Shown here one piece after another: positions 19,969 to 28,883 of a stretch of 49,949 nucleotides of DNA (positions are counted from its first letter, which is position 1; every line of letters starts with the position of its first letter). The notes below the pieces were generated by a model that saw only the letters and a list, made by a program, of their open reading frames with translations, did no database searches and was not told the DNA's origin. A program made the translations under genes and the position numbers. The DNA is from a phage: sequence record OZ470806.1; one strand, given 5' to 3'.

Positions 19969-20607
19969 ATGGCTGAGTATGGAGCAATGTTATCTTTATC
20001 AAATGGGAATCCATTTGTCACACCAAAATCAACGCCATTTTGCTTGTATGGCAAGTACACTTATTCATCTTCAGGTACTTCTGCCTATCATAGCGCAAGC
20101 GCAAATATACCAGTAAATCAATCTTATCCATGCATGGCATTTATAAAAACAACAAATACACAACAGCCAACAGCATTAATAGCTTACAGGAACGGTGGTA
20201 ATATTTATGTAAACGGAGGTAATCCATACGGGCAATCATTTACAATGACTGTTTATATATTTGCCATATTCCCTCAAACTCTACCAAAATATGGTATGGC
20301 TATATGGGATGCAAGCGGAAAGTTGGTTTTAACTAATGAAAGCAGGGTGCTAACAGACCTTGTGACAATTGGTACTCCTGGTTCTTCAGGTGGGACGAAT
20401 ATAGATCAGACATTATCCGGTTCTTATGCTGTTTGCCCATCAAGGCTTGGCGCGGTTGTAGGTATGGGTGCTTCTGATATATACACATCATGCAGGTATA
20501 ATGGTTCAAGCACAAGGATAGGTGCAGCAAGGACAACGCCAGGAACAGGTTCTATAACAAATAACGGAAATTCAATAATTGCAATAAAGACTGATATTTA
20601 CGACTAA
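19969..20607 (+). CDS. small tail-tip-associated protein (paralogue 2)
   Basis: ATG 19969; N-terminus MAEYGAML and internal KYGMAIWDASGK echo the N-terminus of the preceding ORF. Confidence 0.45.
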   Translation: MAEYGAMLSLSNGNPFVTPKSTPFCLYGKYTYSSSGTSAYHSASANIPVNQSYPCMAFIKTTNTQQPTALIAYRNGGNIYVNGGNPYGQSFTMTVYIFAIFPQTLPKYGMAIWDASGKLVLTNESRVLTDLVTIGTPGSSGGTNIDQTLSGSYAVCPSRLGAVVGMGASDIYTSCRYNGSSTRIGAARTTPGTGSITNNGNSIIAIKTDIYD

Positions 20608-20610
20608 TGA

Positions 20611-20640
20611 AAAAGGGGCTTTCGCCCCTTTATTTTTATT
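20611..20640. terminator. bidirectional terminator between convergent genes
   Basis: AAAAGGGGC-tttc-GCCCCTTTATTTTTATT, A/T runs on both sides. Confidence 0.6.
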
Positions 20641-20867
20641 TACAGACTGCAATCAGAGTTTTTAAAGTTGTCAATGCTTACCCACTGAAAATTAAACGGA
20701 TAGCCAGCCTTAACAAGAGTGCGGTCGCCAACTCGTTTTGCTCCAAAAATAGCAACTGAATACTGCATACCGCTATTTTCATAAATAGCCGTGCATTCAC
20801 GTTTAGGCATATTTGCGCAACCAGTCAGGGTTACGGCTGCAATCAAAACGGCGATTAATTTTTTCAT
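20640..20867 (-). CDS. small outer-membrane lipoprotein, Cor/Llp-like superinfection exclusion candidate
   Basis: 75 aa; signal peptide plus lipobox LTGC; two Cys in mature part; RBS AGGAGA; sits right after tail tip genes on opposite strand. Confidence 0.55.
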   Translation of the reverse strand: MKKLIAVLIAAVTLTGCANMPKRECTAIYENSGMQYSVAIFGAKRVGDRTLVKAGYPFNFQWVSIDNFKNSDCSL

Positions 20868-20898
20868 CTTGGTATCTCCTTCGTTGTTGTTGGTTGCA

Positions 20899-20941
20899 AC
20901 TATACACGATCTTACAGCAGGCGTTTAGCAAAAAGTGCTAT
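20899..20941 (-). promoter_or_regulatory. promoter of lipoprotein gene with conserved 20-bp element
   Basis: minus-strand ATAGCACTTTTTGCTAAAC + spacer + TATAGT upstream of ATG 20867. Confidence 0.45.
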
Positions 20942-21039
20942 TCTGTTCTTTTTGTTCTCGCGTGTTCTCAAATCTGCGGAGTCTTAAATTTAGCTCAAAA
21001 AGTGAACAATAATAGAGCGCAATACATACAGATAAATAT

Positions 21040-21190
21040 ATATACATACATATAAATCAATAAGTTAGCAGTATATATATTTATGTTTGTTCTTTATTGT
21101 TATCTATGTTTTGTGTGATTTTGTGTGTCTGGTGATTTTTCTGTGATTATGCATGTGTCAGTGGTTATGTGTGTATATATATCTATATCC
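21040..21190. repeat. AT/TG-rich intergenic repeat region, copy 1
   Basis: contains AAATCAATAAGTTAG (21054-21068), GGTGATTTTT and GTATATATAT blocks shared with 41365-41550. Confidence 0.5.
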
Positions 21191-21368
21191 GGCGTAAATT
21201 GAGGAACAAGAGAACAAAAAGACAACAAAGACATTTATCAATCACTTACATGTAAGTTTTGTTATCCAAGTTGGCGAGAACGTTGTTAAAACAGAAAAAA
21301 CAAAATAACTATTGACTAAACGCATCGAATAGCTACAATGCAGACATACCAACCAATGAGGGCAAATC

Positions 21369-22430
21369 ATGAATAAATTTATGGCGTACACAAGCGAAGA
21401 AATGAGCAATGAGCTTTATCACGATCCAGAAGCGTGGACGGCTGATTATGTTAGCGGATCAAGCCTTGCAGAGATTTACAGCACATGCCCGGCTGCGTGG
21501 AAGTTCAAGCCGCGTGACGATAAGAGTAAGGCGCTTGTTTTCGGTACGCAGTCGCATACCAACTTTGAAAGCAATGAGCTTTTCGAAAAAACCTATCGAC
21601 GCGCGCCAGCGCCAGAAGACTTTAAGGATCTGATAACTAGCCAAACTGCGCTTGCCGCAAAACTGAAATCATTTGGCCTGAAAGGTACAACCGGAAAGAC
21701 TTATCCAGACCTTATCAAAATGATGGTCGATTGCGGAGAAGACCTTAACGTTATGTGGTTGATTGAGATGATCGCAGAAAGCCAGGCCAGGGCCGACGGA
21801 GTGCAGTTAATCGACGCTAAAGACTACGACGCTTGCGTTGCAATGCGACAGGTTCTGGAATCAATACCGGAACATAACGCATGTATGAATAGCAAGACAG
21901 CACAACGTGAATTATCGTTGTTCGGTGAAATCAACGGCGTAAAAGTCAAAGTGCGATGCGATCACGTTGACGTAACAAAGAACGTAACAGCAACTTTGAT
22001 TGATGGTTACGATGAAAAAGGTCAACCGATTTGCCGCGATATTATTTATCCAGAGGCGATTGTGATCACTGACTACAAAACAACAATGAGCGCTAATCCG
22101 GTTGAGTTTATGCGACTGGCTTACAATCACGGCTATTATTTGAAAATGGCGTTGCAATGTGATTTATTCAGGAAAGCGTATCCAGAAGAAAAACGACCTA
22201 TAGTTGTGCGCCTGTTAGCGCAAGAGAAGAAAGAGCCTTATTTGCCGTTGGCTTTCCGCATGAACAGCGAGCAATTGAAGATCGGGCGCATTCAGTACAT
22301 GAGCGTAATTAACCAGTTTGCCATGTGCCAGCAACATGACGTTTGGCCTTCGTATTCAAACGGTGAGCCGGAGGTTTTCCTTGATACTCCTGATTGGGTG
22401 CGACGCCAGTTTAAGCAATATCTTATTTAA
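21369..22430 (+). CDS. recombination exonuclease, PD-(D/E)xK family (putative)
   Basis: 353 aa; RCDHVD and IVITDYKTT motifs; adjacent to Erf and SSB. Confidence 0.55.
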   Translation: MNKFMAYTSEEMSNELYHDPEAWTADYVSGSSLAEIYSTCPAAWKFKPRDDKSKALVFGTQSHTNFESNELFEKTYRRAPAPEDFKDLITSQTALAAKLKSFGLKGTTGKTYPDLIKMMVDCGEDLNVMWLIEMIAESQARADGVQLIDAKDYDACVAMRQVLESIPEHNACMNSKTAQRELSLFGEINGVKVKVRCDHVDVTKNVTATLIDGYDEKGQPICRDIIYPEAIVITDYKTTMSANPVEFMRLAYNHGYYLKMALQCDLFRKAYPEEKRPIVVRLLAQEKKEPYLPLAFRMNSEQLKIGRIQYMSVINQFAMCQQHDVWPSYSNGEPEVFLDTPDWVRRQFKQYLI

Positions 22431-22473
22431 ACAGCACAAATAGCTAAACAAATGAAAAATGCGGTGTCATAAT
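22431..22473 (+). promoter_or_regulatory. degenerate copy of conserved element + dyad + CATAAT
   Basis: ACAGCACAAATAGCTAAACA then 18-nt spacer, CATAAT 22468-22473 inside dyad GCGGTG/CACCGC. Confidence 0.35.
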
Positions 22474-22511
22474 TCACCGCATAAGTTAACAACAAGCGTA
22501 AGGAAATAAAC

Positions 22512-22790
22512 ATGGAAAACAAACAAGTTTCAGAGGTAGCAGTTCATATCAATAATTTTGCAACTGGCATGGCTATGTTGCTTCGTGACTTTGTAGCGCC
22601 GCTTGATCCAACTGCAGGCACAGAAGAAATGGAGTACATCAGAAAAGTAATGGATGCAGTCGATAACGTCGTACTCATTGCAACAATGAGCGAAGACAAC
22701 GAGGAAGCAATCAAGGCGGTAAAAGAAAGTTCTGATCGCATGATGGAAAATCTGATTAAATTACACACCAAAGAAGAAACAAAGCATTAA
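22512..22790 (+). CDS. hypothetical protein
   Basis: 92 aa, acidic, RBS AAGGAAA. Confidence 0.4.
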   Translation: MENKQVSEVAVHINNFATGMAMLLRDFVAPLDPTAGTEEMEYIRKVMDAVDNVVLIATMSEDNEEAIKAVKESSDRMMENLIKLHTKEETKH

Positions 22791-22835
22791 CAGCAATAAG
22801 GCGGCGAAAGCCGCCATGAATTACGGGAATTAATC

Positions 22836-23492
22836 ATGAAACTATCAGAGCAATTCGATAAGGTTTTACCAGCACTGCATAAGGCGCGTAGTTTGTTTGT
22901 AAAGGTGAAGAAGGATAAGCAAAACACTCACCTTAAAAACCGTTACGCAACACTTGATGCCGTACTTGATGCAATCACCCCAGCATTGAATGATAACGAG
23001 CTAATGTTGATGCAGGACATGATTGAAAGCGAACAACCTAACCGCATCAAAGTTGAGACAACCGTTCTTCATGTTTCCGGTCAGTGGGTGAAATTTTACG
23101 CAGAGCTACCAATCGTTAAAAACGATCCTCAAGGTGTCGGATCTGCATTCACATACGCGCGTCGCTATGCAGCAGCAGCAGCATTTGGCTTAAGCCAGGC
23201 AGACGATGACGCACAGATTGCCGTTAAATCTGCAAACGACTGGAAGCGTGACATTGAGAAATGCGAAAGCGTAAACGAATTGCAAGAAGTGCTTAAATCA
23301 GCATGGAAGGCAAGCGATCCGGCAAGCAAGCAGGTAATTAAAGAGCATTACGAAAAACGCAAAGCAGAGCTTGAGATCGGAAAAGCGCGAGGATTTAATC
23401 CAGCGCAACCAAAGCAAAATCTCGCTACTCAAGAAGTTGACACAAAAAACGACGAGAAAGTAAAATCACAAAGTATCACTGACTTTGAATAA
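22836..23492 (+). CDS. erf: ERF-family single-strand annealing protein
   Basis: 218 aa; [17 protein letters not shown] segment typical of ERF SSAPs; next to SSB. Confidence 0.7.
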   Translation: MKLSEQFDKVLPALHKARSLFVKVKKDKQNTHLKNRYATLDAVLDAITPALNDNELMLMQDMIESEQPNRIKVETTVLHVSGQWVKFYAELPIVKNDPQGVGSAFTYARRYAAAAAFGLSQADDDAQIAVKSANDWKRDIEKCESVNELQEVLKSAWKASDPASKQVIKEHYEKRKAELEIGKARGFNPAQPKQNLATQEVDTKNDEKVKSQSITDFE

Positions 23493-23536
23493 TTGACATG
23501 GGGCGCTTGCGCCCCTTTCTTACAGGAGAATAAATA

Positions 23537-23983
23537 ATGCATATTATTACTGGTGAGATCCGAAAAGAGCCGCGAGTAAAGCAAATGCCTAACGGCAGCA
23601 CACTTTATGTGGTTGAACTTTCAGAGCGATACAAAGATAAAGATGGAAACTGGCAATATACAAACTACAGTTTCTTTTTTAATGCCAAAACAGAAGGTCT
23701 TAATGGTTGGTATGCTGATGCGTTCCAGGTTGGAAAGGTTATTTCTGTATCTTGCGACACGCTGCGCATAGAAACGCGTGAATATAACGGAAAGATGTAT
23801 TCAAGTTTAATGCCTGGTGGATTTGCAAATCTTATATTCAGCCAGCGCGGAGAAGGTCAGCCACAACAGCAACAACAAGGCGGATGGGGGCAACCACAGC
23901 AACATAATCAACCACAGCAACAGCAACAACCAAGACAAAGCAATCAGCCTCCTATGGACTTTGACGACGACATTCCTTTCTGA
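23537..23983 (+). CDS. ssb: single-stranded DNA-binding protein
   Basis: 148 aa; Gln/Gly/Pro-rich linker; acidic C-terminal tip DFDDDIPF. Confidence 0.85.
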   Translation: MHIITGEIRKEPRVKQMPNGSTLYVVELSERYKDKDGNWQYTNYSFFFNAKTEGLNGWYADAFQVGKVISVSCDTLRIETREYNGKMYSSLMPGGFANLIFSQRGEGQPQQQQQGGWGQPQQHNQPQQQQQPRQSNQPPMDFDDDIPF

Positions 23984-23988
23984 TCAAC

Positions 23989-24012
23989 AAAGGGGCATTA
24001 CGCCCCTTTTTC
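23989..24012. terminator. bidirectional terminator
   Basis: AAAGGGGC-attac-GCCCCTTTTT between convergent genes. Confidence 0.6.
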
Positions 24013-24255
24013 ACTTTCAGCCATTCCAAGAACAGCAATCACCTTAACAGCAATTCTCTTTGCGAGTTCAGTTTGATGCGCATTCAACTTTCCGGTAGTC
24101 ATTATTGACAACATGCCGCTCATGCTACCTAGTCCGTTAAAATCAGTCATTGCAGATTTCATTATTGATATTGGAGAATGACCATCATCAGCTATTGTGT
24201 GCGCTCTCTCTGATAGGTCTTTAACTACCTGATCTATTCCTTCACTTTTCTTCAT
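23998..24255 (-). CDS. hypothetical protein
   Basis: 85 aa; last gene of leftward fibre operon. Confidence 0.35.
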   Translation of the reverse strand: MKKSEGIDQVVKDLSERAHTIADDGHSPISIMKSAMTDFNGLGSMSGMLSIMTTGKLNAHQTELAKRIAVKVIAVLGMAESEKGA

Positions 24256-24733
24256 TTGCTTTTCCTTCAGGCGTTGATTGTTGTTCTGGCATTACAGGCC
24301 ACGGGCTAATTGATTCCCTTTCTGCTACTGGCTTTTCAGGTTCAATTCCTAAAAACTTTCCTACAAAATCACCAACAAAATTTGAGCTATCGCTTACATA
24401 AACATGCATCCTGTCTAGATCTGCAACAGTAACGCTATTTGGTGCGATCATGATCCTCTGTTGGTGAAAACCGATATACATCACATTAGCCGGACGCTCA
24501 AGAGTTCCCATATTTGGCGCAATTACGCCCATTATCCAACAATAATGAATGTTGCCATCAAGCGGCTCACATCCAGCGTTAAGCCAGTTTACTTTCTGGT
24601 GTGGGAATGCCATTGATGAATCAGTAGCATCACGCCGCAACGACCATTTAACGCCGCCAATCTCAATGATTTGTTTTGGCCTCATTCCGTTGAATTGAGT
24701 CACGCCAGCGCCATTTTGATTAATGTTTTGCAT
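24242..24733 (-). CDS. hypothetical protein
   Basis: 163 aa; start overlaps region downstream of 24748 gene. Confidence 0.4.
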   Translation of the reverse strand: MQNINQNGAGVTQFNGMRPKQIIEIGGVKWSLRRDATDSSMAFPHQKVNWLNAGCEPLDGNIHYCWIMGVIAPNMGTLERPANVMYIGFHQQRIMIAPNSVTVADLDRMHVYVSDSSNFVGDFVGKFLGIEPEKPVAERESISPWPVMPEQQSTPEGKANEEK

Positions 24734-24747
24734 ATCGGTTCACCTTG

Positions 24748-25071
24748 TTACATTGATTTCATTTTACGCAATGCGCAGATACAAGCGGCAGCAAGATCGG
24801 TTAATTCTTTCTCAATGCCATGATGCGAGCCGTCTGCCTTTTCGGTCATTAGCTCTTTGTACTCCATTTCTACAATCGACATTAAGCCGCCAGGCTTGTC
24901 AATGTGCGCGTCCCAGGTCTTAGGATAGTGCTTAGTTCTTTCAATAACACTTCCCATAACTGCATCATGTTCATGATCTCGATCATAATCTCTATCATGG
25001 CCATTTCCTCCAATTACTACTCGCGGCAAATGCACGCGCGGTAAATGATAGCCAGCGACAAGAATTTTCAT
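24748..25071 (-). CDS. hypothetical protein (His/Asp-rich N-terminus, Glu-rich helical C-terminus)
   Basis: 107 aa; RBS AAGGGGA; HLPRV HLPRV direct repeat at N-terminus. Confidence 0.4.
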   Translation of the reverse strand: MKILVAGYHLPRVHLPRVVIGGNGHDRDYDRDHEHDAVMGSVIERTKHYPKTWDAHIDKPGGLMSIVEMEYKELMTEKADGSHHGIEKELTDLAAACICALRKMKSM

Positions 25072-25085
25072 GAGTATATCCCCTT

Positions 25086-25110
25086 ATAAAAAAGCGCCCC
25101 GAAAGGCGCT
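25086..25110 (-). terminator. rho-independent terminator (minus strand)
   Basis: minus-strand hairpin AGCGCC-tttcgg-GGCGCT followed by T6. Confidence 0.5.
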
Positions 25111-25117
25111 TGGTTTA

Positions 25118-25822
25118 TTAGCAGCCGCAACAGCCAGTAGGCGGAGTCTGCGGAGTAGGCAACTTGAAGTTTACCAATTGCTCTACCTGGTTGATTTTGC
25201 AATTCAGCGCCGCTGTCTGGTTTGCCTGAGATAGAGCAAATCGCGCCTCCTGCAACTGAGCTTTCATATCGCAAATCAAAACAGCCTGAGAATCAGCAAA
25301 CTGTTGGCGCATCAGATCTCGCGTTGCATTGCCTTGTCGCTCAATATTCAGGTTTGTCTCACAGCAACATCTCTCCGCTGCAATCTGTGCCTGATAGGAA
25401 CGCTCAAGAGCATTAACATCAGCAGCATTAATCGCAGCAACTGTTTGGTTAGTACCGCTAACAATCGCGGTATTCAGTCCGGCGAAACCTTGCACCGATG
25501 CAAGCAGGTTTTGCGTATTCTGGCTGGTAATGCCGTTAAAGGTTGATGCGGCTGAGCGCTCAACGGTAAGGTTTGTGGAGTTTTGGCCTTGCAGAGTTTG
25601 CAGACCCAGGTTGTTTACGCCTGTCTGGATGTTATTAATACCATCAAGAACAGCGTTAGCACCGACAGCAACAGCAGCACCATCACCACCATAACCACCA
25701 CGACCATTAAAGCCGTTACCAAACCATGACCCAATCAGGCCGCCAACAGCACCGCCAAGACCAGCCGAGCCAGCTTCGCCACCAAAACCACCACCAGTAG
25801 GGAGTAAAGTCATATCTGACAT
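25118..25822 (-). CDS. Gly-rich, Cys-cluster protein of unknown function
   Basis: ATG 25822 (MSDMTLL) with RBS AGAGGAA; ~40-residue Gly-rich N-terminal tract, Asn/Gln/Thr-rich middle, CCCE and C-terminal CCGC. Confidence 0.5.
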   Translation of the reverse strand: MSDMTLLPTGGGFGGEAGSAGLGGAVGGLIGSWFGNGFNGRGGYGGDGAAVAVGANAVLDGINNIQTGVNNLGLQTLQGQNSTNLTVERSAASTFNGITSQNTQNLLASVQGFAGLNTAIVSGTNQTVAAINAADVNALERSYQAQIAAERCCCETNLNIERQGNATRDLMRQQFADSQAVLICDMKAQLQEARFALSQANQTAALNCKINQVEQLVNFKLPTPQTPPTGCCGC

Positions 25823-25956
25823 AGTAAATTCCTCTTTGACGTTAAAAAAAATTAAAAAAGTTTGCAACATTTATGTTACGACAAAGAGTATGCGCCAAAT
25901 TACCAGGAATAGATATGAAACATTTGTAAGCGATATGTCAGCAAATGGCATAAAGA

Positions 25957-25984
25957 CGAAAAAAGGCGCAGCCGTAGCCGCGCC
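25957..25984 (-). terminator. rho-independent terminator after tail fibre gene (minus strand)
   Basis: GC-rich dyad GGCGC...GCGCC followed by T-run on minus strand. Confidence 0.5.
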
Positions 25985-26000
25985 TTGTGATTATTTTTTG

Positions 26001-27797
26001 TTAACTCTCAAGAGTTGTAGGCTTGTTGATCAATGCAGAAACAGCCGCTTTCAGTTCTTCAACCTCCTTTTCAAGTTTTGATATTCTTTCTTTGTTTTCA
26101 ACGTCACGCGCACGTAGAGCCTTTATTGCAGCTAGACCATCCATCAGCAGCGGATTAATGTCAAGAGTCATAATTCCAGATACAGAATCGCTATGAACAT
26201 ACTCCCTATCTATCATCATGGCATCTTGAGCTATTATTCCGCGTCTTGCGCTCCTTTCGTTGCTATCAAATGTATACCTAAATAATTTGAAGTTCATCCT
26301 TGATATATTATCTAGCGCGCATTCAACATTAAGATTTCCTTTAACATCCTTGAATCTAATATCAGAGGTTCCAGACTTCTGTAATGTGTTCCAAGGCTTA
26401 GTTGTTTTGGCTACCTTCGGATCTCCTGTATCGTTATATCTAGTGTATGCATTCCCAACCGTGTCAATCCAGAATTGAAATATCCTGTATTTATCATAGG
26501 ATGATTGAAAACCGCCTCCATTTGCAGCAGCCCACGTAGTAAGACCTTCATTATCACTTATAAACTGACATCCGGCATTTGTTATATCATTAGCAAGGCT
26601 TTTTACTTGACCAACTCCATATTTTGATGCTACAGGATGCCAAACCCAACCGCTCCACCTCCACGAACCAGAAATCTTGTCATAACTCCTTGAATAGTAA
26701 GATGGATCGTCAATAGGGTAATAATATTGATTTGCCTGTTCCGATCCGTTTGCTGTGGAGCTTGTAACCAGAAGAACACCGGCTTTTTGTACTGGATAGT
26801 TATTTCGAGGAGTTGCGTTAGCATTTGCACCCTGATAGTAATAACCAAAATTACGATAACCATATAAGTCATTTAGGTTTCCGCTTAATGCACCTCTTTG
26901 CTGCCTCATTAAATTTAGGTTGTCTCTTACCGACTCTACTGATTTTGATCCTGTTCCTCCTTTGCTTATCGGCAAAGCTATATCACTCTGTGATGTAGAA
27001 TCCCACACACCCCAATTGCCATCATTTTTTACAAAAATTCGTTTTGTTCCATCAGCACTTGAAACAGCAGTCTCTCCAGATGCACCAGTGCCCTGCACCA
27101 ACCTGTCTACGCTTAGGTTTTTTCTTGCTTCACCTTTATCTGCAACATCGCTAAGGTTGTTGTTTTTGTTAAGCATATTTTCCGGATTTATGCTATCTGC
27201 ATATTCTTTCGCCTTATCTTCAGAAGCCTTAGCGGCATTTTTTGATGTCAGGGCGTCAGAAGCAGATCTGGCAGCTTCGCTTTTGCTTGTATTAGCCGCG
27301 ATTTCAGAGTTTTTTGCATTTGTCTCGGACGTCTTTGCTGCATTCTGAGAAGCGAGCGCAGCATCCTGAGAATTTTTAGCGGCATCCTTACTTTGATTCG
27401 CAGACGCTGCGTTTTCTTCCACCTGTTTAGCCAAATCCTGATAATGCTTCCAATCAAACGTCTTAAAAAATTCCAGCGCTTCCCCGATCTCTGATTCTTT
27501 ACTCTGATAGTAGCGCAATGTTTCAGCTACATCTTGAGCAAGCCCATCAACAGTTATTGAGTCATGAAGCAAGATTGCGTAATTTGAGCGAGTAACTACC
27601 GCACCTCCAGTTGTAATTGCACGAATGCTTGTATCGTTGATAACTTCAGTTATTACAGCGATTTGTAACGGCTGAGTTAAGAATACAATGGTCGCACCAG
27701 GGCGAATGAGTGTTAGTTGCTCTCGCCATTTTGTGTCGTATCCAGTGATATAACCTTGAGCGTCCATTGACGCTTGTCCGGTTCTGTAAATTGCCAT
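26001..27797 (-). CDS. tail fibre with C-terminal intramolecular chaperone (peptidase S74-like) domain
   Basis: ATG 27797 (MAIYRTG) after RBS AGGAGAA; Ala/Ser/Asn/Lys-rich repeats; C-terminal SDIRFK signature followed by coiled coil. Confidence 0.75.
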   Translation of the reverse strand: MAIYRTGQASMDAQGYITGYDTKWREQLTLIRPGATIVFLTQPLQIAVITEVINDTSIRAITTGGAVVTRSNYAILLHDSITVDGLAQDVAETLRYYQSKESEIGEALEFFKTFDWKHYQDLAKQVEENAASANQSKDAAKNSQDAALASQNAAKTSETNAKNSEIAANTSKSEAARSASDALTSKNAAKASEDKAKEYADSINPENMLNKNNNLSDVADKGEARKNLSVDRLVQGTGASGETAVSSADGTKRIFVKNDGNWGVWDSTSQSDIALPISKGGTGSKSVESVRDNLNLMRQQRGALSGNLNDLYGYRNFGYYYQGANANATPRNNYPVQKAGVLLVTSSTANGSEQANQYYYPIDDPSYYSRSYDKISGSWRWSGWVWHPVASKYGVGQVKSLANDITNAGCQFISDNEGLTTWAAANGGGFQSSYDKYRIFQFWIDTVGNAYTRYNDTGDPKVAKTTKPWNTLQKSGTSDIRFKDVKGNLNVECALDNISRMNFKLFRYTFDSNERSARRGIIAQDAMMIDREYVHSDSVSGIMTLDINPLLMDGLAAIKALRARDVENKERISKLEKEVEELKAAVSALINKPTTLES

Positions 27798-27855
27798 GCG
27801 TTTTCTCCTATGTTGCATGTTAATGTCAATGCAGATAATAGCATTTGCTAAGGCC

Positions 27856-27878
27856 AAAAAAAACCCCGCAATGCGGGG
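27856..27878 (-). terminator. rho-independent terminator after primase (minus strand)
   Basis: CCCCGCA-t-TGCGGGG hairpin followed by T8 on minus strand. Confidence 0.65.
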
Positions 27879-27895
27879 TAAAGTAGCAGTGACAT

Positions 27896-28828
27896 TTAGA
27901 GAATTGATTCAGGTTTGAAAACCTTCCTCTCTATCCCTTGCCTGTAATTATCATTAATCGGCATCATAATTTCAAGTCCTCTTTCCTCGGCAGCAATGAT
28001 CGCGTCACGATCTGTGCTCTTACAGACAACTCGCATTCTTCTGTTGCCTTTGTACCTGTAAGCTACAATCTCAATGTTAGTTGCATCAAAGCAGGCCCAA
28101 ACCTCCTGACCAGTTGCAAGGTGAATATGTTGCGCATCAATCCAGTCAACGCAAAGATAGATCGTCTTATCTGTGCTTCCTGTTCTCACAACAGACCCGC
28201 GCGTGTAGTCCTTTGCGAGAAAAGACTGATTACCTTCTTCATCAATGAAAAGCACATTGCACATTTCATCATCAATTTCATCTGAATGTACCAAGTAACA
28301 TGGGAGCGCGTGAATGTATCGACCATCTTTAACGCCGCATTCATAATAACCATCTTCAGGAGGATATATCCCTTCATAGGTGCTTAACGGCGTGCGATCA
28401 AATTTTAGTGTTTTTGACATAACGCGCTCGCAGCATTCATGGCTTGCCTGTTTCCCAAACGAATAACCAGAATCACGAGATACTCGCTTATTTGCCTTGA
28501 TCCTATAGTCCTGCGGAACTTTTCCAAGAAAGCGTCCCAAAATATTGATCACTTCGCTGTAAGGTTCTCCGGTTAGCTTCATGATCCAACCAATTCCAGT
28601 ATCGTTTCCGCACACGTTGCAGATAGCGCCGCCGTCGCCTTTTTTATCTCCAAGTTTATCAGTCCATCTAAAGCGATCCTTTCCGCCGCAGTGTGGGCAA
28701 GATTGATGCTTGCCGTTAAAAACTTCATTTGGAAGACCGCAAATACTTTGTAGCGCCTCACGCCATAGTCCCTGCATATATGGGAGAACATCTTCCTTTT
28801 GATAAACCATAAAGTTTTCGTTGTTCAT
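27896..28828 (-). CDS. DNA primase (zinc-ribbon type)
   Basis: ATG 28828 with RBS GAGGTG; CPHCGG...CNVCG zinc-binding motif. Confidence 0.65.
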   Translation of the reverse strand: MNNENFMVYQKEDVLPYMQGLWREALQSICGLPNEVFNGKHQSCPHCGGKDRFRWTDKLGDKKGDGGAICNVCGNDTGIGWIMKLTGEPYSEVINILGRFLGKVPQDYRIKANKRVSRDSGYSFGKQASHECCERVMSKTLKFDRTPLSTYEGIYPPEDGYYECGVKDGRYIHALPCYLVHSDEIDDEMCNVLFIDEEGNQSFLAKDYTRGSVVRTGSTDKTIYLCVDWIDAQHIHLATGQEVWACFDATNIEIVAYRYKGNRRMRVVCKSTDRDAIIAAEERGLEIMMPINDNYRQGIERKVFKPESIL

Positions 28829-28883
28829 ATGCACCTCAAACAAAAAAGCCTGACAGATGATAACATCATGCCAGGCATTGTTT

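Noticed and set aside
20813-21055. 80-aa plus-strand ORF overlapping the lipoprotein gene and the AT-rich region
   Set aside because: Antisense to the lipoprotein gene and running into low-complexity AT-rich DNA; no RBS
23860-23950. CAG/CAA-rich low-complexity DNA resembling a microsatellite
   Set aside because: It encodes the Gln/Gly/Pro-rich flexible linker of SSB just before the acidic tip; it is coding, not an independent repeat element
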